Below, piece after piece: positions 24,811 through 33,213 of a DNA stretch of 56,087 bases (its first letter is position 1; each line of letters begins with the position of its first letter). The position numbers were made by a program, and so were the translations under genes. This DNA is from Patescibacteria group bacterium (GTDB lineage Bacteria; Patescibacteriota; Microgenomatia; UBA1400; CG1-02-47-37), in NCBI GenBank assembly GCA_038065055.1, contig JBBTRT010000007.1:1-56087 (forward strand). The letters run 5' to 3'. The notes under the pieces were generated by a model. That model did no database searches, had not been told where the DNA came from, and worked only from the letters and a program-made list of their open reading frames with translations.

Positions 24811-27060
24811 ATGAAATTATATACCATCGATCAAGCCGCCAAAACCATCGGTGTCCACCCAAAAACCCTGCGCCGCTGGGAAAATAGCGGAAAAATTATT
24901 CCGGAGCGAACTTTAGGCAATCAGCGCCGCTACAATTCCACTCACCTGCTTCAGCTTAAAACGATTAAAAATAATCCCGGCCCTTTACTTTTAACCGCCC
25001 GCCGCCGCCACTTTTCACCTTGGTTAACTTATACCTTAATCAGTTTTTTTGTCACTCTTTTCGGCCTTTTCAGCTATTGGTTTTTTACCCGCAGCCCTTC
25101 TCTGGCCAGTCCGGTCATTCAACAGGCTGAAATTGCCCCGGATATTCAAGTAGCTTTACCCAGCGTTGCCAATTTCTTAAACGGCCGTATTACTGTTGGC
25201 TCAGATACCGGCGATCTTTCTTATTTAGACCAAAAAGGCAATTTTTACGTTAAAAACTCGGCTTTAATTGAGGGCGGCCTTCATACCAATAATCTCCAGT
25301 TTATCCCCTCTGCTAAGCCTGACAGCCAAATCGGTAAGCAGTATGTTGACCAGTTAACCGGCAATTTAATGTATTTTGACGGCATTGACTGGATCACTCT
25401 AAATCAAACTGCATCGCAATCAGCTAATTTTCCATCTCTTTTCGATCAGCATGACCTAAATCTGACTTTTGGCGACCTGGCCGCCTCAACTTCAGCCACT
25501 TCCGTTAATTTAACCCTAGCCGGCCCAAACAGCCAATTTAAAATTTTAGGCGGCGCCAGCCAGGATGTTTTAACCATCAACGATGACGCCATTTACCCCA
25601 TACTTATTTCCCAACCTACCAAAATCACCGGTAATCTTTATGCCCCCAAATTACTCGACACTGACAACAACAACTACTTTTTAGACCCTTCGGCCGCCGG
25701 GCTCGGCTTAAGCCTGGCCGGCGAAGCCACTATTTCCGCCACTTTAACTTTTTCAAAAAATAACGAATATCTTACCAATAGCATCGATAATTACTTAATT
25801 TTTTCCGGCGGCCTCGGCATTAACGGCTCCACCACTTACGGCTTTAGCGCCGACGCTTATCTTAAAGCCCGCCAGGCCCAAGTCACTGAAGAACTGATTA
25901 TCGATAACCTCAAGGTCTTTGATAACACCATCCAATCCACTACCAATGGCGGTTTAAAATTGTTTGATGATGCCGGATTAGGAATCACTATTGCCGACGG
26001 CGGCGCAATCACTATTAGCAGCACCCTTAATGGCACCGTCCCCGACTATGTTTTTGAACCCGGCTATAACCTACTATCTCCGGTTGATTTAGAAGCTTAT
26101 ATTTTCCAGTACCACCACCTCCCCGGTGTACCTAATGCCGCCGAAGTTAAAACTAATGGTTTGGATCTAACCAAAATGCTGTTTGCCTTGCTCGAAAAAA
26201 CCGAGGAAAACGTCCTGTATATCTTGGACCTTAATCACCGCCTGGGCTTGGTTGAGGAAAAACTCCTCACCCCCACCGTGGCCACCGAAGTTTTAGCCAC
26301 CCAGGCGCTTTCGCCTTTAACTGCCACCCCTATCGACGCCTCGGCAATTACCGGTCTAAAAGAAGCTATTGTTGCGCTTTTGCCCCTCACACCCGGTGTG
26401 GAATCTTCAAACACACCGGGTGTGGAAATCCCCTCTCCGGAAGCCTCACAGTCTGCCGCCTTAATCCAACTGCAAACCCCAATTGCTACCAACTCCGGCT
26501 ATCTGTCTCTGGATGGCCTGGACGCCAAAATCGGCTGGTTTAGCGACTATTTGGCTGTTCTCGGCCAAACCACCTTAACCGACCTTAAAGTCACTAACGA
26601 CCTTAACGTCCACTCTATTTTAGCCGGCTTAATTACCCTGGACGAAACCGGGCTGGTTACCATCAATGGAAACCTCAAGATTACCGGCTCAGTCACCGTG
26701 GCCGAAATCAAACCGCCCCTCGACCAAACTTTAAACATCAATATTGCCAGCAGCAGCGGCATCTTAATTTACAGCGATATTAACGAACCCATTGCCACTA
26801 TTTCCAGCCAATCCGCCGTCTTTTCCCGCCTCAACATCTTAAATAGCGGCCTCGCCACCATCAGTGCCGGCACCAATAATACTGTTGTTTCCAGCCCCAA
26901 AATCACTCCCCAATCCCAAATTATCCTCACTTTTAGCTCCGACTACAAACCCGCCACCAAATACTGGGTCACCAAAGATGTGGCTAAAAAAGAATTCACT
27001 GTTTTCCTAAACTACCCACTTAATTCCGATTCTTCCCTCGACTGGGTGATAATTAACTAA
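24811..27060 (+). CDS. membrane-tethered HTH_17/MerR-like DNA-binding protein with an approximately 650-aa extracytoplasmic fibre-like region
   Basis: MKLYTIDQAAKTIGVHPKTLRRWENSGKIIPERT..QRRY HTH. One TM helix (LTYTLISFFVTLFGLFSYWFF). A long Thr/Ser/Asn/Gly-rich beta-type region includes a VPDYVFEPGYNLLSPVDLEAYI..HHLPGVP..EV segment, remembered from tail-fibre-like proteins. Confidence 0.7.
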   Translation: MKLYTIDQAAKTIGVHPKTLRRWENSGKIIPERTLGNQRRYNSTHLLQLKTIKNNPGPLLLTARRRHFSPWLTYTLISFFVTLFGLFSYWFFTRSPSLASPVIQQAEIAPDIQVALPSVANFLNGRITVGSDTGDLSYLDQKGNFYVKNSALIEGGLHTNNLQFIPSAKPDSQIGKQYVDQLTGNLMYFDGIDWITLNQTASQSANFPSLFDQHDLNLTFGDLAASTSATSVNLTLAGPNSQFKILGGASQDVLTINDDAIYPILISQPTKITGNLYAPKLLDTDNNNYFLDPSAAGLGLSLAGEATISATLTFSKNNEYLTNSIDNYLIFSGGLGINGSTTYGFSADAYLKARQAQVTEELIIDNLKVFDNTIQSTTNGGLKLFDDAGLGITIADGGAITISSTLNGTVPDYVFEPGYNLLSPVDLEAYIFQYHHLPGVPNAAEVKTNGLDLTKMLFALLEKTEENVLYILDLNHRLGLVEEKLLTPTVATEVLATQALSPLTATPIDASAITGLKEAIVALLPLTPGVESSNTPGVEIPSPEASQSAALIQLQTPIATNSGYLSLDGLDAKIGWFSDYLAVLGQTTLTDLKVTNDLNVHSILAGLITLDETGLVTINGNLKITGSVTVAEIKPPLDQTLNINIASSSGILIYSDINEPIATISSQSAVFSRLNILNSGLATISAGTNNTVVSSPKITPQSQIILTFSSDYKPATKYWVTKDVAKKEFTVFLNYPLNSDSSLDWVIIN

Positions 27061-28610
27061 AGCCTTATTTCCCCTAAAATCTTCTCCACCTGAACGTCTT
27101 TGATGTCAATTTTCTCCACCAAGCTCCACGCCCCATTCCCCTGCAAACTAATCCTCTCAATCTCCCCGCAATCCCCGTCGCTTTGGCAACGCTTGCTTTT
27201 ATTTACCAAAATTTCATCCCCGGAAAAAGTTATCTCCCCGCCCTCCGGAATTACATAATGTTTTTCGACGTTGCTTTGCTTTACCGCCGGGTAATCCACC
27301 ACGATCCAATTATCCCCGACTTTCCCCGCCACGTATTTTTTATCCGGGGAAATTATCGCCTGGGCGCTCGTCCCCAACGCCGTGTATTTTAACTTAGTCC
27401 CCTCTTTTAAATTATAAAAATAACTCCCGCCGGCATCAGAATAAAACAGCGCTTGCTCTTCCAAAAACCCAAAACTTGTTGGTTCAACTTCTAAACTTAA
27501 CGGTTTAACCTCTTTGCACTGAACCTCGTACAATCGCCAGCCTGTTTCCTGGCCTTTGCCTAAAAAAATAAACCGCTGATTTCCCCAAAAACTTAAGCTG
27601 AGTTCCGGCCCGGCCTTAACATCCAACCTCTCTCCGTCCAAAATAATCGCCCCTTCTTGACAAGTTTCATCTTTTCCCCAAAACCGCAGCTCATTATCCA
27701 ATTTATACACTACCAAATTACCAGCCTCGCTTAGTTTGTAATTATCTACCGGCACATCATAAACCGGCTCAATTACTGCTGCTGCCACTTGGCTGGAATA
27801 AGCATATTTTTTTACTTGCCGGTCGATTAATTTAATGTAAAACAGCTCCTCCCCTTGCAACTTGAACTGATGCTTCCCGGCCTCGTTTAAATTGCTCTGG
27901 CCAATTACTCTGGCCCTCAACGGATCGTAAAAACTCACTCCTTCGCCGCTCGCCAGCACCAGCACGCTCGGCGGCTGATACCGCTTTATTCCGACCTTAA
28001 CCGAATAACCCTCTTTAGCTAAACTGATTTTCTTCCACTCGCTCGGCAAAAATTCCAGATTTTGCTTTTCCGGTTCCACCAATTGGTAATAATTTAACCG
28101 TTTAAAATCCTCCGCCGTCTCTTTATTTTCCAATTCGTAATTAACAAACTGGATTTCATAATCCCCTTCTGCCAAACCGTCGATTACCACTGCCCCATCC
28201 GCTCCGCTCGGCACTGTCCGCAAAGTTTGGGTATCGCCCGCCCGCCTGATCGACACGGAAATATCATTAAATAAAGCCTCCTGGTAATCAAACACATTAT
28301 TTTTATTGGTATCATCGTAAAAAATCCACGCCATCCGACCGGGTTTTTTCTCCACTTCCATTGGCGTAAACACTTCCTGTTGCGGTTGGTTAGCCGTCTT
28401 TTTCGGCGCTAACTGTTCAATAATCGTAATCACAAAACCCAATAAAATTAAACCGCCGAAAATCGCTAACACCACTACTTTTGCCGTCGCTTTCTCTTGA
28501 ATTTTGGCCAAAAAAGAAACCTTCTCTTTTTCCTGAGCCTGAACCCCGCCTTTCGCGAGAGACGGGGTATCCTCAAAAAACTGCTGTTCCTGGTCCGCTC
28601 CCATTTCCAT
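27057..28610 (-). CDS. membrane-anchored protein with an Ig/Cna-B-like domain and a beta-propeller-like region
   Basis: 517-aa ORF. An N-terminal TM helix follows an acidic cytoplasmic head. The DGLAEGDYEIQF motif is typical of SdrD-B/Cna-B-like folds. The assignment is weak. Confidence 0.6.
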   Translation of the reverse strand: MEMGADQEQQFFEDTPSLAKGGVQAQEKEKVSFLAKIQEKATAKVVVLAIFGGLILLGFVITIIEQLAPKKTANQPQQEVFTPMEVEKKPGRMAWIFYDDTNKNNVFDYQEALFNDISVSIRRAGDTQTLRTVPSGADGAVVIDGLAEGDYEIQFVNYELENKETAEDFKRLNYYQLVEPEKQNLEFLPSEWKKISLAKEGYSVKVGIKRYQPPSVLVLASGEGVSFYDPLRARVIGQSNLNEAGKHQFKLQGEELFYIKLIDRQVKKYAYSSQVAAAVIEPVYDVPVDNYKLSEAGNLVVYKLDNELRFWGKDETCQEGAIILDGERLDVKAGPELSLSFWGNQRFIFLGKGQETGWRLYEVQCKEVKPLSLEVEPTSFGFLEEQALFYSDAGGSYFYNLKEGTKLKYTALGTSAQAIISPDKKYVAGKVGDNWIVVDYPAVKQSNVEKHYVIPEGGEITFSGDEILVNKSKRCQSDGDCGEIERISLQGNGAWSLVEKIDIKDVQVEKILGEIRL

Positions 28611-28627
28611 AATGTTATAATACCATT

Positions 28628-29908
28628 ATGCGCCGTTCTCCACGATTGCTAATTTTAATTCTCTTTGTTCTAGCCTTATCCGGCGGCATTTTTTTCGCCA
28701 TTAAAATCGCCAAAGGCTACCGCCCCTCTTTAGCCAATAAAGCTCTCCAGGGCACCGGGCTTTTATCCGCCAACTCCACCCCGAAAGGCGCCAGCGTTTT
28801 TATTAACGACAAATTAACTACCGCCACTGACGACACGCTAAACTTGCCGCCCGGAGAATATAAAATTAAAATCGCTCTAGACGGCTACATTCCTTGGGAG
28901 AAAACTTTGCGTCTCACTCCGGAATTGGTCACCCAAACCAATGTCCGCTTATTCCCTTCAGTTCCCAACCTCAAACCCCTGACCTTTTCCGGGGCCTTAA
29001 ACCCTACCCCTGCTCCTGACGGCCAAAAAATTGTCTTTGCGGTCGAAAATGCCACCACGGAATCCAAAAATGGTTTGTATGTTCTGGATTTGCAGGACCG
29101 GACTTTTTCCTTTAACTCCGCCGACCCAGTGCAAATTACCCGTCAGTCAGGCAAATTTGACTTTAACCGCGCCCGGTTAATTTGGTCGCCTGATTCTTCG
29201 CAAATTCTCGCCACCTTAAATTCCGGCCAAACTGATGAAATCAACGTTTTATTAAACGCTTCCGGCTTTAATGACGTTGCCAACATGAAGGATGTTACTG
29301 CCCGTTTGCCGGTAACATACCAGGAATGGCAGGATTTGGCTGATAAAAAAATCCACGAACAATTAATCGCTTTACCTGAATTTATGCAAACATTAGCCAC
29401 TCAGTCCGCTAAAATGGTCTATTTTTCTCCTGATGACGAGATGATGATGTATGCCGCCACCGCCGAAACAACTATTCCTCAAGAATTAATTCCGCCTTTA
29501 CCGGCCAGTTCTACCCAAACTGAAACCAGAACCTTAAAACCCAATCAAATTTATATTTACGACCTCCAGGAAGATAAAAATTTTTACTTGGCTGACGCAC
29601 CCCAGCCTTCCCCGAAACCGAAAACCACCACTATCCACGAGAAATTACTTGAACTGGCTGCCGCTTACTCACCGATTTCCTCTCAACCTATCCAATGGTA
29701 TCCTGATTCCCGCCACATCCTAATCGTCGAAGACAGCAAAATAGTTGTATCTGAATATGACGCTACCAACCAACATGTAGTTTATGCCGGCCCGTTTAGC
29801 GCCGGTTTTGCCTACCCCTCCACTAACGGCTCGCGCTTGATAATTTTAGCTTCCTTAAACGGCGGCACCAACCTACCTCCCAATCTCTACAGCATCAATC
29901 TTAAATAA
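28628..29908 (+). CDS. PEGA-domain protein with a TolB-like beta-propeller region
   Basis: N-terminal TM helix. PKGASVFINDKL...PGEYKIKIALDGYIPWEKTL is a PEGA domain. Confidence 0.75.
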   Translation: MRRSPRLLILILFVLALSGGIFFAIKIAKGYRPSLANKALQGTGLLSANSTPKGASVFINDKLTTATDDTLNLPPGEYKIKIALDGYIPWEKTLRLTPELVTQTNVRLFPSVPNLKPLTFSGALNPTPAPDGQKIVFAVENATTESKNGLYVLDLQDRTFSFNSADPVQITRQSGKFDFNRARLIWSPDSSQILATLNSGQTDEINVLLNASGFNDVANMKDVTARLPVTYQEWQDLADKKIHEQLIALPEFMQTLATQSAKMVYFSPDDEMMMYAATAETTIPQELIPPLPASSTQTETRTLKPNQIYIYDLQEDKNFYLADAPQPSPKPKTTTIHEKLLELAAAYSPISSQPIQWYPDSRHILIVEDSKIVVSEYDATNQHVVYAGPFSAGFAYPSTNGSRLIILASLNGGTNLPPNLYSINLK

Positions 29909-30963
29909 TGGACCAAATTGCTTCAGCCGTTAAAATTTTACAAGCCGGCGGCCTGATAATTTTCCCGACTGAAACCTGCTATGGCGCCGGCGTGGATGCC
30001 ACCAATCCCCAGGCTGTCAATAAACTCTTAGCTTACAAAACCCGGCGCGAAGGCAAACCTTTATCCATCGCCGTTACCGATAAAACTATGGCCTCAAAAT
30101 ATGTCAAACTAAATACTACTGCTGTAAACTTATACACCAAATTCCTACCCGGCCCCTTAACCATTGTCTCCCGCGCCAGACATCGGGTTGCCACCGGCAT
30201 TGAATCCGAAACCGGCACTCTAGCTATTCGGATTCCCGATTATCCCCTGGTCCATAAGCTTTTAAAATCTTTTGGCAAACCCATCACCGCCACTTCCGCC
30301 AACGTCTCCTATAAACCCCGACCGTACTCCATCCCCCAACTTTTAAAATATACTTCCAAAAAACAGCAAAAACTCATTGATTTAATCATCGACGTTGGCC
30401 AGCTCCCTTTCCGGCCGGTTTCCACCATTGTCGATACCACCCTGGACGACCCCCTGATTCTCCGTCAGGGGAAAATTACCCTATCACACTCCCGGTGTGT
30501 GATCACTAATTCCCCCCAGGAAACCATCAATCTCGCTAAAACTCTGATGCTTAAAAACTGGAAACAGCTTCAAACCCACCCGCTCCTATTTTTACTCATC
30601 GGCAACCTTGGCGCCGGCAAAACCCAGTTTGCCAAAGGCATCGGCAAATTCTTGCAAATTAACCAACCGATTACCTCCCCAACTTACACTCTGGAAAAAG
30701 AATATGGCTTTAACCGCCATAAAATTAGCGGTAAATTTCTCCACCTGGACACCTGGCGGATCCAAAATCCCGAAGAACTGGCTTTATTAAACCTGGAAAA
30801 ACGACTGCTTCCTAAAACCGTTTGCGTTATTGAATGGGCCGACCGCACCATTGCTTATTTTCAACGCTTAGCCAAAAAATCTCACGCCAGATTGATTATT
30901 TTATCATTGTCAACCGTTGCCGAATCTTTTCCAAATCAGCGCCGGATAACTGTTTCCCGCTAA
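29908..30963 (+). CDS. tsaC/tsaE: fused t6A biosynthesis protein: TsaC/YrdC-Sua5 domain plus TsaE (YjeE) P-loop domain
   Basis: N-terminal half: IIFPTETCYGAGVDA, GPLT, TSAN. C-terminal half: GNLGAGKTQFAKGI...SPTYTL..EY...HLD.WR. Confidence 0.85.
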   Translation: MDQIASAVKILQAGGLIIFPTETCYGAGVDATNPQAVNKLLAYKTRREGKPLSIAVTDKTMASKYVKLNTTAVNLYTKFLPGPLTIVSRARHRVATGIESETGTLAIRIPDYPLVHKLLKSFGKPITATSANVSYKPRPYSIPQLLKYTSKKQQKLIDLIIDVGQLPFRPVSTIVDTTLDDPLILRQGKITLSHSRCVITNSPQETINLAKTLMLKNWKQLQTHPLLFLLIGNLGAGKTQFAKGIGKFLQINQPITSPTYTLEKEYGFNRHKISGKFLHLDTWRIQNPEELALLNLEKRLLPKTVCVIEWADRTIAYFQRLAKKSHARLIILSLSTVAESFPNQRRITVSR

Positions 30964-31270
30964 GATTATTTTCTTGCCCCGGCATTAAATGTACGTGCGC
31001 ATGGGCTACTTCCACCCCGTACACCAAACTCCGCACCATGTTCCCGTTATTTTTCTCCCTTAAATGCCTCGCAATTTTCCCCACCGTTTCAAAATATTTT
31101 CCTAAATTTTTTACATCCCACACCCATTCGGTATGAACTTTCGGGATCACCAAAGTATGCCCCTCAGTTTTAGGAAAAATATCCAAAAACGCCAAAAACC
31201 CATCATCCTCGTAAATTTTATAACAGGGAATTTCCCCTTTAATTATTTTGCAAAAAAGGCACTCACTCAT
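30896..31270 (-). CDS. HIT-family (histidine triad) protein
   Basis: CLFCKII.GEIP and HAHVHLMP triad. Overlaps the tsaC/tsaE 3' end by 68 nt, convergently. Confidence 0.85.
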   Translation of the reverse strand: MSECLFCKIIKGEIPCYKIYEDDGFLAFLDIFPKTEGHTLVIPKVHTEWVWDVKNLGKYFETVGKIARHLREKNNGNMVRSLVYGVEVAHAHVHLMPGQENNLSGKQLSGADLEKIRQRLTMIK

Positions 31271-31289
31271 GCTGTTATAATAACATTAC

Positions 31290-31844
31290 ATGCCCAAAAA
31301 TTTAAGAGTGATTTACCAAGTCTATACTTTAATTGCCGCTACCGTTATCTTTCTTTCCAGCCTGCTGCTGCTCAATGGCCCGGTCCGCACCGCCAATTTG
31401 ATTGTAATCACGCCCTTAGTCGCCCTGGCCTGGATTAACTTAACTGATCCGCGAAAAACCTCAGAATCAATCTGGTCGCTTCGAATGCTAATCGTAGTTT
31501 TCTGTTTATCTCTCTTGGGACTATTTGCTTTTAAGCTCTCTCTTTGGCCAAAAAGCCAACCCGAATGTCCGGTTTGCCTGATGCCAAGCCCAATCTTAAT
31601 CCCTGCCCCAAGTTTAACCCAGACGCCGGCTTCAACCGATTTTGTCCTTGGTTCAATCATCATTACCAGTCAAAATGCGGCTAAAATCTATGCCGAACCT
31701 AATTTAAATAGCCAAATCATCGGAACCGCAGACTACAATAACATCTACCCGTATCTGGAATTTGAGCAAGGCTTCTTCAAAATAATCTTTAACTCGACCA
31801 ATTTTGGCTGGGTGAATTTGGAAGCAATAATTCCTAGCCCTTGA
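31290..31844 (+). CDS. membrane protein with a C-terminal SH3b-like domain
   Basis: Three hydrophobic helices, then AKIYAEPNLNSQIIG......GWVN, which is SH3_3-like. Confidence 0.55.
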   Translation: MPKNLRVIYQVYTLIAATVIFLSSLLLLNGPVRTANLIVITPLVALAWINLTDPRKTSESIWSLRMLIVVFCLSLLGLFAFKLSLWPKSQPECPVCLMPSPILIPAPSLTQTPASTDFVLGSIIITSQNAAKIYAEPNLNSQIIGTADYNNIYPYLEFEQGFFKIIFNSTNFGWVNLEAIIPSP

Positions 31845-31869
31845 CAGCATCAAAATAGCCCAATACAAT
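31841..31869 (+). promoter_or_regulatory. sigma70-like promoter (TTGACA, 17 nt, TACAAT)
   Basis: Read directly. Lies upstream of the HTH-TM gene at 31910. Confidence 0.5.
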
Positions 31870-31909
31870 AAATTCAATTGGTAAAAACTTGTAAAAACCA
31901 AGGCCTGCC

Positions 31910-32266
31910 ATGAATTTATACACTGTCAAAAAAGCTGCTGCCATCATTGGTTGTTCCACCAACACTTTATACAAATACTTAAACGAAGGCCGGCTAAAGG
32001 CCAGTCGCGGCACTGCCGAACAAGGCCGATTCCGCATTCCCCAATCCTCCCTGGAAGAATTTTTAGGCACCCAACTATCCACTGCCGAAACCCGGCCTGC
32101 CTCAACAAAGACTTCCCGATCCCTGCCCCTTAAATTTATCCGGCTATTAATCATGATCAGCCTTTTATTAATATTGTTTGATGTTCAATTAAGCCGCTTA
32201 ATTTTTGTGGCTATTGCCTTACTTTTAGCTTATCAGGAAGGAGGCTATCTACGCCGCCAAAATTGA
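31910..32266 (+). CDS. HTH_17/MerR-like DNA-binding domain fused to C-terminal TM helices
   Basis: MNLYTVKKAAAIIGCSTNTLYKYLNEGRLKA...GRFRI, then LIMISLLLILF...FVAIALLLAY. Confidence 0.7.
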   Translation: MNLYTVKKAAAIIGCSTNTLYKYLNEGRLKASRGTAEQGRFRIPQSSLEEFLGTQLSTAETRPASTKTSRSLPLKFIRLLIMISLLLILFDVQLSRLIFVAIALLLAYQEGGYLRRQN

Positions 32267-32577
32267 TCAATCGCACTATCAGGCTTTATTATGGCTGTCT
32301 TATCACCTTGCTGATTACTGTCAGCGCCATCACTAACCTTTCCACCCTGTTATTACTTCTCCCCTTAAACTTATATTTCTTCCTCGCCGCTTACCGCCAA
32401 ACCATTAAAAATCGCCGCTTTACCCCGCCTCTCTTACAGCCATCAACCGCTTTTTCCTTTACCAGCTTTTTATTCCAACCCAACTTTGCCTTTAGATTAA
32501 GCCTGATTTTATTTCTAATCGCCATGGCCGGCTCTTTTACCGGCGCCCCGCCCGCAATTTTAAGCCCCTTACCCTAA
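32263..32577 (+). CDS. small polytopic membrane protein
   Basis: 104-aa hydrophobic ORF whose start overlaps the upstream stop codon. Confidence 0.45.
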   Translation: MINRTIRLYYGCLITLLITVSAITNLSTLLLLLPLNLYFFLAAYRQTIKNRRFTPPLLQPSTAFSFTSFLFQPNFAFRLSLILFLIAMAGSFTGAPPAILSPLP

Positions 32578-32580
32578 AAT

Positions 32581-33213
32581 ATGCTCTTAAAATTTTTGCT
32601 CCTGTATAATTTAATCCTGATTCTGGTTTTGGAATTCACCAGTTTAAAATCAGTCGAATCTGCTCCGGGAATAATCTATTCTCTCCTGTTATTACCGCTA
32701 ATTTATCATTTTGGCCTGGAATTACAACGGCGGCCAACCAAGCTCGGGCCAAGAATCGAGCCGGTAACTTTCCAAAAATCAATTAGTGGCGAGGTGATTC
32801 AAGAACAGGCAGGTATTTCTGACCGCGACCGGCGGCTGTTTTTAAAACTCATCGGCTCGACCGGTCTCTCTTTATTTTTTATGTCTCTCGTGTCCAAAGA
32901 AGCTCAGGCCACGTTTTTCGGCTCCATGCCCGGCCCGGGCACAGTGGCCTTAAAGGACTCGGCCGGCGCGGCGATTGACCCGGCGGAAAAACAACCAACC
33001 GATGGCTACAAAATCGCCCAACTCGACGATTCCGGCGGCACCTATCTTTATTTTGGTTATGTTAATAAAAATGGCGCGTGGTACATTCAAAGGGAAACTA
33101 TTAGCGGCGGCAATACCGGCGATTACCGCTATTTTAAAGGCAGCAGCAGTTTTGCCGCCAATTGGAGCGACCGAAGCTCTCTCGCTTATGACGACTTTGA
33201 AGACATCTTTTAA
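32581..33213 (+). CDS. protein carrying an internal twin-arginine signal (alternative GTG start at 32794)
   Basis: SDRDRRLFLKLIGSTGLSLFFMSLVSKEAQA-TF matches S/T-R-R-x-F-L-K, then an h-region, then AxA. It is preceded by approximately 70 aa containing two hydrophobic helices. Confidence 0.6.
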   Translation: MLLKFLLLYNLILILVLEFTSLKSVESAPGIIYSLLLLPLIYHFGLELQRRPTKLGPRIEPVTFQKSISGEVIQEQAGISDRDRRLFLKLIGSTGLSLFFMSLVSKEAQATFFGSMPGPGTVALKDSAGAAIDPAEKQPTDGYKIAQLDDSGGTYLYFGYVNKNGAWYIQRETISGGNTGDYRYFKGSSSFAANWSDRSSLAYDDFEDIF

